This document shows, in pieces, positions 53,215-64,000 of a stretch of 64,000 bases of DNA. Position numbers and translations under genes: made by a program. Position 1 is the stretch's first letter, and each line of letters begins with the position of its first letter. This DNA is from Dictyostelium discoideum (taxonomy: Eukaryota), in assembly GCA_000004695.1 (NCBI GenBank), contig CM000151.3, positions 3,296,001-3,360,000 on the forward strand. Reading direction: 5' to 3'. The notes beneath the pieces were generated by a model. That model saw only the letters and a list, made by a program, of their open reading frames with translations. It was not told the DNA's origin and made no database searches.

Positions 53215-53937
53215 ATAAATAATAAAAAAAATTGGAGCGGTGTTTGATTGACTACAGTAATAAATTAAATTTTGATGATAATGATATTGGCAATAAAAAA
53301 TAAAATAGAAATAAATAATGGAAAAAACCGAAAAAAAAAAAAAAAAAATTGGGGTCTATTTTAGCATTTAGTTCACAGATGAAATGATACACACCATGCA
53401 GGTTTTTTTTTAAAAAAAAAATAGGAAAAAACTGAGAAAATGATAATAATAAAAACAAAAAAAAAAAAAAGAAGAAAAAAAAAAAAAAGAGAAAAGAGAA
53501 AAATAAAATTTAGGGGAATAAAAAAAAGAAAACCAATCATTATCATCAAAATTTACCTTGAAAAATTGTACAAACTTAGGGATCGAAAAAAAAGATACAA
53601 TTTTTTTATTATTTTTATTGGATTCCGTTTTTTTTTTTTCCTCGTCCTTTCAATAATAAAGCAGAATTTTATATTAACTTTTTTTTTTTAAAAAATATAT
53701 TTTCATTCTTTTTTTTTTTTTTTTGATTGAAAAATTATAGGTAAAGTACATGGTGGTTTGAATCGTGCTGGTAAAGTCAGAAACGCTACTCCAAAGAAAG
53801 ATAAGGAAGAAAAAAGAAAACCAAAGGTTGGTCGTGCTAAAAAGAGAATGATCTTCAACAGACGTAACGTCGCCGCCGTCGCTGGTTTCGGTAAAAAGAA
53901 GGGTTACAACACTCAAAACGTCCCAACCGTTGCTTAA
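53136..53937 (+). CDS. rps30: 40S ribosomal protein eS30 (RPS30/FAU S30 moiety). Exon 1 is 4 nt (53136-53139, ATGG), the intron is 53140-53740, and exon 2 is 53741-53937.
   Basis: The spliced product is [66 protein letters not shown], against human KVHGSLARAGKVRGQTPKV...GRAKRRMQYNRRFV...FGKKKGPN. It shows GC-rich, highly-expressed codon usage. The donor is ATGG|gtatgt and the acceptor is ttatag|GT. Confidence 0.85.
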
Positions 53938-54146
53938 ATTTATTAATATACAATTTATAATTAAAATAATAAATTTTTGAAGAAATATTTAACTTTTTTT
54001 TTAAAAATAAAATAAATATTTTCTCCTCCTTATAAAAAAAAAAAAAAAAATCTATTTTAATTTATTTATTTATTTATTTGTTTTGTTTTTCCCAATTTAT
54101 TTTTAAAAAAGGTGTTTAAATAATTATTGTATTTTTATTTTTATTA

Positions 54147-56651
54147 TTAATTTGTATTTATTTTTGATCTAATTCTATTTCTATTCCTATTAATAAGTAA
54201 TGGCTTTTTATCATTTGATATTTGTTCATTTGCAATTTTAATAACTATTGCAGAGATAATGATTGCAACGACAACAACTATTATATTTAGATTATTACCA
54301 AAGAAACCACCAGATTTATTTGAATTACCATGAGTGATTGCACAACAAAGTAATTGTGTTTCAACATTTGATATCTCTTTATGAACATAATCTAAAAATC
54401 CAACAACTTGAGTTGCCACCATTATCAAATCTTGTGAAATTTTATCTTTTTGTGAACTATAAAAATAATAATATATAATTAGTAATTTTATTATTATTTA
54501 ATTAATTAAATAAATAAATAAATAAATAACATACGATGTTAATTCTTTTGAATTTAAATAAGAAGGTATTGATTTAATTTGATTTGTAATTTCATTTGTA
54601 ATTTGTTCTAAATCATTATGTAATCTTTGTACAATTGATTTTAAAATTGGTAATTTCGAAGGTGGAGTATGATAAAGTCTATCAATTATGAAATTACCTT
54701 TATTCAAAGAGATATCTTCAATTTCAAAACCTAATGAATCAATTAAATATTTTGAAGAGAATTTAGTGATTTCATTCAATGCTAAATTTAAATTATGTTC
54801 AGATGATTGAATTGAAGTTATAATGGTATTACGAATGATTGCATCGATAAAGATTTGAGAGATATCACCACTACCACCAGTGAAGGCATTACTAGCATCA
54901 TTTGAACGACCATTGAATAAATTCCAAGGTGATGAACCAAAACTCCATAAGAAATTATTTACCAACCTATTATGAGATTCAGAGTAATGTAAAGTTGGTC
55001 CGAGTAAACCTTGAGATGAACCTAAACCAGCAATAATATTTCTTGTACCTGAATAAAGTGAATTCACTTGTACCGGTAAATTACCTTTATAAAATGTACT
55101 ATTATATGTATGATTTGACATTAAAACAACAATTGCATCTTGATTACTTGCATAGGAATGATATTTATCAAGTAATAAATTATTATAATTATTTGTATCA
55201 TTATTTGTTGATGATGATGTTAAAGCAAAAATATAAACTGGTAAAATTTTTGATTTTTGTGTTGGTGAGTTTCTATTTTTATTATTATTATTATTATTTG
55301 AAACTTTTAAACTTAATGGAATTTGTGAAACATCATTACCAATTAAACCACTTGCTAAAATGTCATCTTCTTGTTTTAGTGATAATAGTAATTCTTTACT
55401 ATCTAAATAATTCTTTCTAACTGAATAGAATTTACCATTGGTTGGATTCATTTCAAAGGAGGAATGAGATTTAATTGATTTTGAAAATGCCATTGAAATA
55501 TGTTTATGTTCATGTATTGAATGTTCTGCAAATACAAATTCAACCGTGGAGAATGGGAATACCTTTTTGGATTGTCTTTTAATTAATTCTAAATCTAGTA
55601 AATCCTTTTGGACATTGACAGAGGATGAATCTTTGAAAATTAGAATTGGTATTAAAATCTTTTGAAATAATGGTACATAATTGAATTTGCAATCTTGTAA
55701 AAACACATTTTGAATACTGGTAATCACCAAAGAAGACATATGAGAGATGATTTCGATTGGTGATGCACCCTGAATGGAAGTGCCGCTGTAGCCATCCTTC
55801 ACAAAGTATTCAATTAGTCTTGGTATTGAGTCATGGCCAATTGAACCCTCTGAATAGTATTCATCAGATGATTTATGTAATGTTGTACCATATTTCAATG
55901 GACCTGCACTTAAATCTATAACAATGAATCTTGATGATCCTATCCAACATGGTGATGTGATTTGACCATTTTTACTATACTGATATTTAAATTCTCCCAA
56001 TCCTGTTTTATCATTATTATTTAATGCTCTACCTGTTAATATTCTCTCTTTTGATGGATTTATAAATATTATACTATAATCTTTATTTGAGTTAGTTGAT
56101 GATGATTTAATCTTTGTAATTTCATTATCAAAATAAGATTCTAAAACTTCAATTTCAACTAAATGAGTTTCACCATCATGTGATGGAGTTGCGCTTTCAA
56201 TTGGTTTCATATTGATTTGCAATAATTGTTCATATAAATCTAATGAGATTCTATTTGATGATATTACATTGTATTTTAAATCGTAGTGTGAAATTAATCT
56301 TTTACCAATATTATCTTTTTCTATATCATCATTATTATTGGCATTACCATTGTTGTTGTCATCATCTTTATTATATGGTTTTAAATAATTTGAATCGAAT
56401 ATTGAATGTACATAATGAATTGGATAGGTTTCAACTAAAAGATCATTTAAGGTTTCTGGTGGTAAATTATATTCGAATGCACCATTACCATCGAATCCGA
56501 TTAATATAATATTCAAATTAATTGGTATACCATTTGGTTCTTCCTCTGCAATGATATCTTCTTCTTGTTGCTGCTGTTGAGAATTATTTACACTTATAAA
56601 TATTATTAAAAATATAATTATTATAGAAATAAATTGAGATAATAATTTCAT
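54147..56651 (-). CDS. Type I membrane glycoprotein of unknown family, with a signal peptide, a large extracellular domain, a single TM helix and a short basic tail. It has 2 exons: about 54531-56651 and 54147-54458.
   Basis: The N-terminus is MKLLSQFISIIIIFLIIFISVNNS. Exon 1 ends ...KELTS|gtatgt and the acceptor is ttatag|SQKDKISQDLIMVATQ... The TM helix is NIIVVVVAIIISAIVI, followed by NRNRNRIRSK. The extracellular part has many N-x-S/T sites. Confidence 0.55.
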
Positions 56652-57233
56652 TTTTTTTTTTTTTTTTTTTTTTTTTTTATTATTAATTATTATTTTTTTT
56701 TAATTTAAAATTTCATTTTGTTCATAAAAAATTTCATTTTTTTTTTTTTTTTTTTTTTTAATTTTTTAAAAAACCTTTTTTACTTTTTTATCTGGAATTT
56801 AAATTGGATTTTTGGATTTATTTTCATATACTTGGCTCATATTAAAATTAATAAAATTAAATTATTGTTATTAAAAAAAAAAAAAAAAAAAAAAAATATC
56901 TTGTCTAGGCAATCTTAAAATAATAAAATCATAAAAGAAATCAAAAAAGAGATCATAAAAAATAAAAATAAAAAATAAAAAATTGCTTTTAAAAAAATAA
57001 GATATTGGTCAAAGGGATTTTAATTATTAAATTATCAAAGTAGTGTTTATAAAATCAAAAATTTTTTAAAAAAAAAAATTAATAATTATGTTATGGGTGG
57101 TTTAAAATAATAAATAAATAAAATAAAATAAAAATTTAAATAAATTTCCTTACAACCAATAAAATTTTAGATAAACTACAGATCTGATGCTTTTGAATAA
57201 TACTACATCACCAACAAAGCCATGAAAAAAAAA

Positions 57234-57264
<31 letters not shown>

Positions 57265-57700
57265 TTAAAAATTAAAAATATATATAACTAGTAAATGAAA
57301 TTAAGTTTTACTAAAAAATACATTCACACCCACCACATTTATTAAATTTCTATTCGTTTTTTTTTTTTATTTTAATTTTTTTAAAAAATTAATTGGACAA
57401 ACCAAATGTAAAAATTTTTTATATTTAGTTTTTGCCAACCAAAAACAAAAAAACAAATGATTTATATGGAGAAAAAAAAATAAAATTATAATTAAGAAAA
57501 AAAAAATACATAAAAAAATACCAATATATGTGGAAAAAAAAAAGATTATTGTATCATTTTAGATAATTTTTTAAATAATTAATTAAATAATAATAATAAT
57601 GAAAACAATTGGCAGAAGAGAGATAAATTCCAAATAATCAAAATAAAAATATTTTAAAAGTAAAAAAAAAATATTAAATATAAAATTGAATTCAGGTTTA

Positions 57701-57892
57701 TTAATTATTATGGCATTCATCTTTACATTTTTTAAAATATTCAAGACAATTTGCATCTTCTGATCTTCCCATACGACAATTTCTATCTTTTTTAATGCAA
57801 TCTAAAAAACAATAAAATTTTTGTCCATTAACAGCATTTAAATTTGAAAGTAATGAGATTACCACTAAAATAGCTATTAAAACTTTTAGCAT
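57701..57892 (-). CDS. Small secreted 6-cysteine peptide (63 aa).
   Basis: It reads MLKVLIAILVVISLLSNLNAVNG|QKFYCFLDCIKKDRNCRMGRSEDANCLEYFKKCKDECHNN: a signal peptide followed by a basic mature peptide with 6 Cys. There are no homologues in the window. The ORF is short, so coding status is uncertain. Confidence 0.4.
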   Translation of the reverse strand: MLKVLIAILVVISLLSNLNAVNGQKFYCFLDCIKKDRNCRMGRSEDANCLEYFKKCKDECHNN

Positions 57893-58614
57893 GATTATTA
57901 TTATTTTTTATTTTTTATCTTTTATTTTTAAAAAAACTATTAATATATATATTTTTTTTAAAAATTTTCTGGTATACTTGTTTTATTTTTCTACCTTTTT
58001 TAAATTATAAGTAATATTCCTTTTTATTATTAATAAGAAAATAAAAAAAAAAAATAATAACCTTTTTATTATTAATAATAAAAAAAAAAAAAAATATAAT
58101 AAAACCCATAAAAAAAAAAAAAACAATTACAATTGTAAAATTAACCAATATAAGTTAAGGCAATGTATGAATGTGTTTGTGTATGATAGGCAAAGTTAAA
58201 ATTAAAATAAAATCTACTCCTGTTTTTAAATTCAACTCCCACAAACGCCACACATTATTTAATTTTTATTTTTATTTTTCCGAGAAACTTTGAATTAAAA
58301 TAATAATAAAAATAATAATATTATAATATTATTACCATTTTCCCAAATGAACATTCATGGACCACACTTCAGAAATACCACAACACGCAAACCATTTTGC
58401 TAGTAACTAAAAATAAACAATAAACAAATGAAAAAAAAAATTTAACCCCATTGCTTTCAATTAATTGATCATTTTATTTTAAAATTTTATTTTTTTTATT
58501 TATTTGATTTTATTTGATTTTATTTTATTTTATTTTATTTTATTTTATTTATTTTATTTATTTTATTTTATATTATTTTATTTTATATTATTTTATTTCA
58601 TATTTTCTGTCAAA

Positions 58615-61042
58615 CTATTTAAATAGTTCACAAAAATAATTATAAGAAATCTTGGTTTTAAAAATGTTATCATTAAAGTAAATATTTAAAAACTTGTGTT
58701 TTGAAAGATAGAGATGTGATAATAATATTTGAGTAATCTCAATATGATCATTTTTTAAAGAGGTTCTAATTAAATTTAAAAGTTTATCTTCTCTAAACCA
58801 TTCGATGGCATTTTCTTGCAAAACATGACAATGATGATATTGAAAATATTGGAATATTTGGATTTGACCATTATAAGCAGCTGTTTCCAAAATTGAATAA
58901 ATGAAATTTCTGATACAATTAAACTCAGCATTATATTCAGGAACATTTGAATTTGGGAATGGTTTTAAATTATCTGTTGCTCTGCTAATAACAGTTGATA
59001 ATGCTTTCAAATCACCTCTTTTACCAATAAAATATGCAAGTTTATATAAAAATGAAGTAAACATATCCCTACCTCCAGAATAGGTGTTTTTAAAATTAAA
59101 GATTTCATCATCGATTTCATCAAGTTTACCTGATAAGTAATAAAAGCAAATAATATCTGGAAGACTATTTAAAATGGTTGTTGGATTTGGAATTACATTT
59201 GAACTAGCAAATATTGGTCCATTTGTATTACTACTAAAACCTGATCCTCCTGATGGTGATGATGAGGTTGAACTACCAAATCTTGATCCAACTGTACTGC
59301 TGGTACCTGATCCCCCTAATGGTGATGATGAAGTTGAACTACCAAATCTTGATCCAACTGTACTGCTCGTACCTGATCCTTCTAATGGTGATGAAGTTGA
59401 ACTGCCAAATCTTGATCCAACTGTACTGTTAGTACCTGATTCTCCAAATGGTGATGATGATGAAGTTGAACTAGCAAACCTTGATCCAACTGTACTACTA
59501 GTACCAGATCCTCCAAATGGTGACGATGATGATGAAGCGAAACCTGGACCAAAACTTGATTTTTTAATGAATGGTACATCTTTTGGTGGGGTAAAATGTT
59601 TATTTTCATATAACCATTCAAAAAACTTTGATAATAAAATTGGTTTTTCGTCAGAATCTAAAAAGTAGTTTGAAACTTGTAGCATTCTTGATTTCATTTC
59701 ACTATCGAAAATATTTGTATTGAATATATGTTTAAATAAACATACAACTTCATTACAATTATTACCTTGGTATAAATCAGTAATAATTGGTGTTAAAATT
59801 TTTGAACCATAGTTATATATTGTAGGATTTTCTACAATATGTTTAAAAGTTTCAAAATTTAATTTAAAACTACCTTTAAAATTAATTAAATAAAGTTTTT
59901 CTTTATAATGAGTTTTAATTTGTCGTTGTTGTTGTAGTTGTTGTTGTAGTTGTTTATTTTTCTTTGATGAATTTATTAATTTTTCAAAGTGTTTTAATAA
60001 ATTTAAATTTTTAAAATTTAAAAAATTTGGATACTTTGAATAAATAAAAAGATGATGAAATTCTTGATAAATGAAATCTAACATTTCAATAGAATTTATA
60101 TATTTGCAAATATTGAAATCAAGTATTTCATCTTGAGATTCATCATGAAAACAAAAAACAACTTCTTTTTCATTTTGAGAGAATTGATTTGAGAAATGTT
60201 TAAATAATTCCACTGAATCATGTTTTACTAAAAATAAAAACAAAATATTTGATTCAATAAAATTTGTAATGAAATTTGAGTTTTCATTTGTTTTAATAAT
60301 TTCTTTTATTACTAAAGTACAAGAAATTAAAAAATTAATTTGATCTTCTTGTTTTTTAAAATTTGAAAATAATATTGAATTTTCATTTTTAAGTAGTTGA
60401 TTTTTATCTAATAATGTTTTAAAAAATTCATGATCATATTTATTATTAAAATTATATAACCAATCACTAAATAAATGTAAATCACCATTTTGTAAAGGTT
60501 GAGTAAGCTTAAATTCTATATCACTTTCTTGTCTATCAACTTGATTTAAAAAGTTTCCAAAAAGAGTATAATTTTGAGATTCCTTATTACTTTCATCATT
60601 ATCATTATCATCACCATAATAATAATTAAAGAATTGTTTTGAAGTAAAATCTAGTTGTTTTCTATTACTATAATAAATATTTAATAATTCTTTAATATTT
60701 AATTTATTTATTTTTTTATTAAAATTTGTTGGATCAACAAGTTTTGCATTTAATTGACAAATTGAATATTCATTATTAATTAAATTTGAATTATCATTAT
60801 CATTATTATTATTAAACCAATTAATTATTTTAATAACTTTAATTAAATCTTTTAATCTAAATAATGATACTAATGGACATAATGTTGTTATCTTTTTTAA
60901 AATTTCATCCTTATATTGTCTTAAATTTATTATTTCTCTTTCCATCAAGTATAAAATCATTTTAAATGTTTTAATTAATTCTTTTTTACTTTTATTAGGA
61001 GATGATAAAAATATTGATAAAATGAAATCCATAGATTTATTT

Positions 61043-61131
<89 letters not shown>

Positions 61132-61711
61132 TTCAATATTACTATTATTATTTTCAATATTACTATTATTATTGTCAATATTATTATTATTGTTATTATT
61201 ATAATTATTGGTAGTTTTAAATAAAAATAATTCAAAAAGATATTTAAATAATTTTAAAGAACAACCAGTTGAAATTGCAAGTGTGATGGATTCATTTATA
61301 TTAATTTCAAATTGAAATTTATTGACTAATGTTGAAATTCCTGTAACTGAATTATTCTCTATTAATGATTTAATTAAATTTGATTTTCCTTTTGATTTCC
61401 AATCAATTATATATCTATCACCATAATTATTAAATAAATTAAAAAAGAATCGAGTATTTTCATTATTTCCTTCCTCATCTTCTTTACCAAATACTGAATA
61501 TAACTTTTTTAATGAGCCACTACTAAATATTAAAAATTGATTTCTATTAACTTTATCTTTTATCATTGATAATTGATCATTATTTATCATTTTATCAACC
61601 ATAACAATAGAATCATATTTAATTGATAGATGTGGTGAAAAGTTTGATAATATTGTATTTTTCAATACTAAATTTCTCCATACACTCCAAAATAAAATTT
61701 CATTTTTATTA

Positions 61712-61802
<91 letters not shown>

Positions 61803-62265
61803 TATTATTATTATTATTATTATTTTTATAATTATTATTATTAATTTGTTCTTGTTGATTTATAAATTGATAACGACTAATACCAATTTCAATGATTTTT
61901 TTAATTAGACCACGAAAATCACATTTTTTAATTATATTTTCTGGAATTCCAATTGTATTTGAAATATATTCCAATCTTGCTTTATTACAATTATTTAAAT
62001 ATTCAATATTTATTAAATCTTCATTTTTGAATGTAACATCATTATTCGAAATTTCTTTAAATGCTTGAGAAATTTCATTATTGGTAGTTGGTGGTGGTTG
62101 TGATATAAATGGTGTTTCTCTTTCAACAATTGGAACAGATGTTGATTTTTGGTTTGGTTTTATAATTGTTTCCAAATCATAAATTGATTTTCTTTTTCTT
62201 TTACCTGTCTCCTCTGGAACAGTTTCACTGTTGTTTAAATCTTTATTTCTTTTTTTATTTGGCAT
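58615..62265 (-). CDS. Large low-complexity protein (about 1215 aa from MPNKKRNK...) with a basic NLS-like N-terminus, poly-Asn tracts and four ~20-aa S/T-rich repeats carrying xFG motifs. Family unknown.
   Basis: It is a single long ORF. The annotated track start at 62406 lies in poly-T, so MPNKKRNKDL at about 62265 is the more plausible start. Repeats of GSGTSSTVGSRFGSSTSSSPLGG are encoded by ~60-nt tandem units at 59220-59560. Confidence 0.55.
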
Positions 62266-62647
62266 TTTTTTTTTTTTTTTTAAATGTTTAAATACTAAAT
62301 ATAATATAAAAAAATAAAATTGAAAAAAAATTAAAAAATTAAAATGAAAAAAAAAATGATAGAGGTGATGGTTTGTCAGCGAATTATTTTGAAAAAAAAA
62401 AAACAAAAAAAAAAATAAAAAAAAAATAAAATCAGATATTTTTAGAGAAAAAAAAAGATTTTTTGGAAAATAAAATTTGTTTTTTTAGGATATTGGAAAA
62501 TATCTAAATATTTTTTTTTAAAAATTGAATTATTAATTATGGGGGTTATCAGAAAAAAAAAAAAAAAAAAAACAGTTTGTTTAAATTTTAAATATCAAAT
62601 TTTTTATTTTTTTTTTATTTTTTTTAATTTTTATTTTTTTTAATTAA

Positions 62648-64000
62648 TTATCTTCTTTGTTTTCCATTTATAATTACAGAAATAATATTATTTGGTATAT
62701 AATCATTGATTATTTGAGTTATAAGTTGTTGACTTTCAACACCTTCAAAACTAAATGTTAAACTTTTTAAATTTTTAAAATTTGAAAGATTTTTAAGGGA
62801 TCCAAAGGAATTAAAATTGGAACCAAGTGTTAGTGATGATACATTTGATGAGAAACTATTTTTTAATATATTTATATTATAATTATACAATTGTAAATCT
62901 GTTATTGAATTTGGTAAATTTCTTAAATGAATTGGTGTTTGAAAATTAAAACCACATCTTAACACTGAAATACTATCATTTGGAAGATCGATACCATTGT
63001 TTACAATATCAAATTCATCACCTAAATCTAAATATTCAACAGAATCTGGCACTGATCCATCTTCAATCCTTTGATTAAGTTTTTTAAATAAAAGATATTT
63101 TACTGATGATGGAATTGATCCAACTGGAATCATTTGATTATAAAATGGAAATGAAAGGTAGTTTATATCATTACCAATTAATCCAATTGTAAGTGTTTGG
63201 TCACCACCATCTCTTTTTTCAAGCCTTTTTACATTTGATGGTATTATATACCCAAATGGAGAATAGAAATGGTCTTTATTAACTTTTTCTTTATTAATAT
63301 GAGAAATTAAATCATCTATACTAAATCTTGTTTTTGGGTTAAAATGTAAACAATTTTGGGTGATGATTTTTAATTCTGATGATAAATGTACTGGTATTGG
63401 TGGTATTCCATTGGCGTCTCTACCAATGGTACTATTTAAATCACCACCAGCCATTTCAATTATTGTACAACCTAGACTGAATACATCAGATTTACGACCT
63501 GCATTACCATCTTGTAGTTTCACTTCTGGTGCCATATGTGTAGCTGTACCAACTCTTGAATTATATTTTGAATTGTTTTCAATTTGTATTGCATTTTCAA
63601 AACCAATAAATTTAATTTGAATTTGATTATTCTCTTTTTCAAGTAAAAGTATATTACTACCCCAATATCACGATGAATAATACCCATTTCATGAATTTTA
63701 CTTAATGCTTCTGCTATTTTGATTGTTAATAAAATAATAATATCTTGTGGAACAATTTCAATTTGTTTTAATTTCTCTTCTATAGTAATTGCACCATCAA
63801 TATATTCCATATAAATATATAATTTATTATTTTTATCATATGCAAATCCATAATATTTTGTTGAATATTCACAATTTTTTAATTTATTTAAAATATCAAT
63901 AATTGAAAAAAAAAATTCCTAAATATAAAATAAAATAAAAATAAAAAAATTAATACATAAAACTATTATTATTATTATCGTTATTATTATTACATACTTT
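62648..64000 (-). CDS. FNIP-repeat-containing protein kinase, partial. The 5' end lies beyond the window and there is an intron at about 63905-63985. An apparent frameshift sits in the catalytic loop.
   Basis: The kinase domain reads ...YGFAYDKNNKLYIYMEYIDGAI...ALSKIHEMGIIHRDI[frameshift]NILLLEKENNQIQIKFIGFENA...GTATHMAPEVKL...DVFSLGCTIIEM. C-terminal FNIP repeats follow (IPSSVKYLLF...VPDSVEYLDLGDEFD...GFNFQTPIHLRNLPNSITDLQL). Confidence 0.7.

Noticed and set aside
58340-58410. Similarity of the GC-richer island to U6 snRNA.
   Set aside because: Only a 9-mer (ACACGCAAA) is shared and nothing else of U6 is present.
63655-63685. Possibility that the kinase frameshift is a micro-intron (gtagtaatatacttttacttgaaaaag).
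   Set aside because: It is 27 nt, too short for a Dictyostelium intron, and removing it would delete the conserved NILL residues of the catalytic loop.

Overview
This window looks like Dictyostelium discoideum nuclear DNA. It is about 78% A+T, and coding regions are GC-richer islands carrying (AAT)n and (CAA)n tracts that read as poly-Asn and poly-Gln. Introns are short and AT-rich with GTAAGT...AG boundaries, and intergenic regions are saturated with poly-A/T. No prokaryotic features are present (no CRISPR, no rRNA), and I could not find a convincing tRNA.

The most distinctive locus is a tandem array of acyl-CoA synthetase paralogs of the propionate-CoA ligase (PrpE) / ACSS3 type. Every copy has a small first exon ending ...FWD..VAK..V.W followed by an intron. 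The array holds one minus-strand copy at the window start, three intact plus-strand copies, one copy disabled by a stop codon plus a 1-nt deletion, and a truncated 5' fragment. Decayed pieces of the upstream HPP-family membrane-protein gene sit inside it, so the duplication was segmental and its breakpoints fall at (AAT)n microsatellites.

The rest of the window holds conserved eukaryotic housekeeping genes whose exon structures I reconstructed by hand: the TRAPP II subunit TRAPPC10, a CDK9-like kinase, a BAF60/SMARCD SWIB-domain protein, MAD2, a rhodanese+DUSP MAP-kinase-phosphatase-like gene, casein kinase I, a TEX2/Nvj2-like SMP lipid-transfer protein, oligoribonuclease and ribosomal protein eS30. 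It also holds a lipase_3 gene, an MFS transporter, and several secreted or membrane proteins. These include a bacterial-type 3D/DPBB-domain protein, a mucin-like GPI-anchored CAP-domain protein, and small cysteine-rich proteins. At the right edge is a partial FNIP-repeat kinase with an apparent frameshift.

Non-coding candidates include a GC-rich island at 5.9-6.1 kb. They also include DUSE-like motifs followed by GC-richer islands, one of them inside the 601-bp intron of rps30. Coordinates of splice sites are hand-derived and may be off by a few nucleotides.
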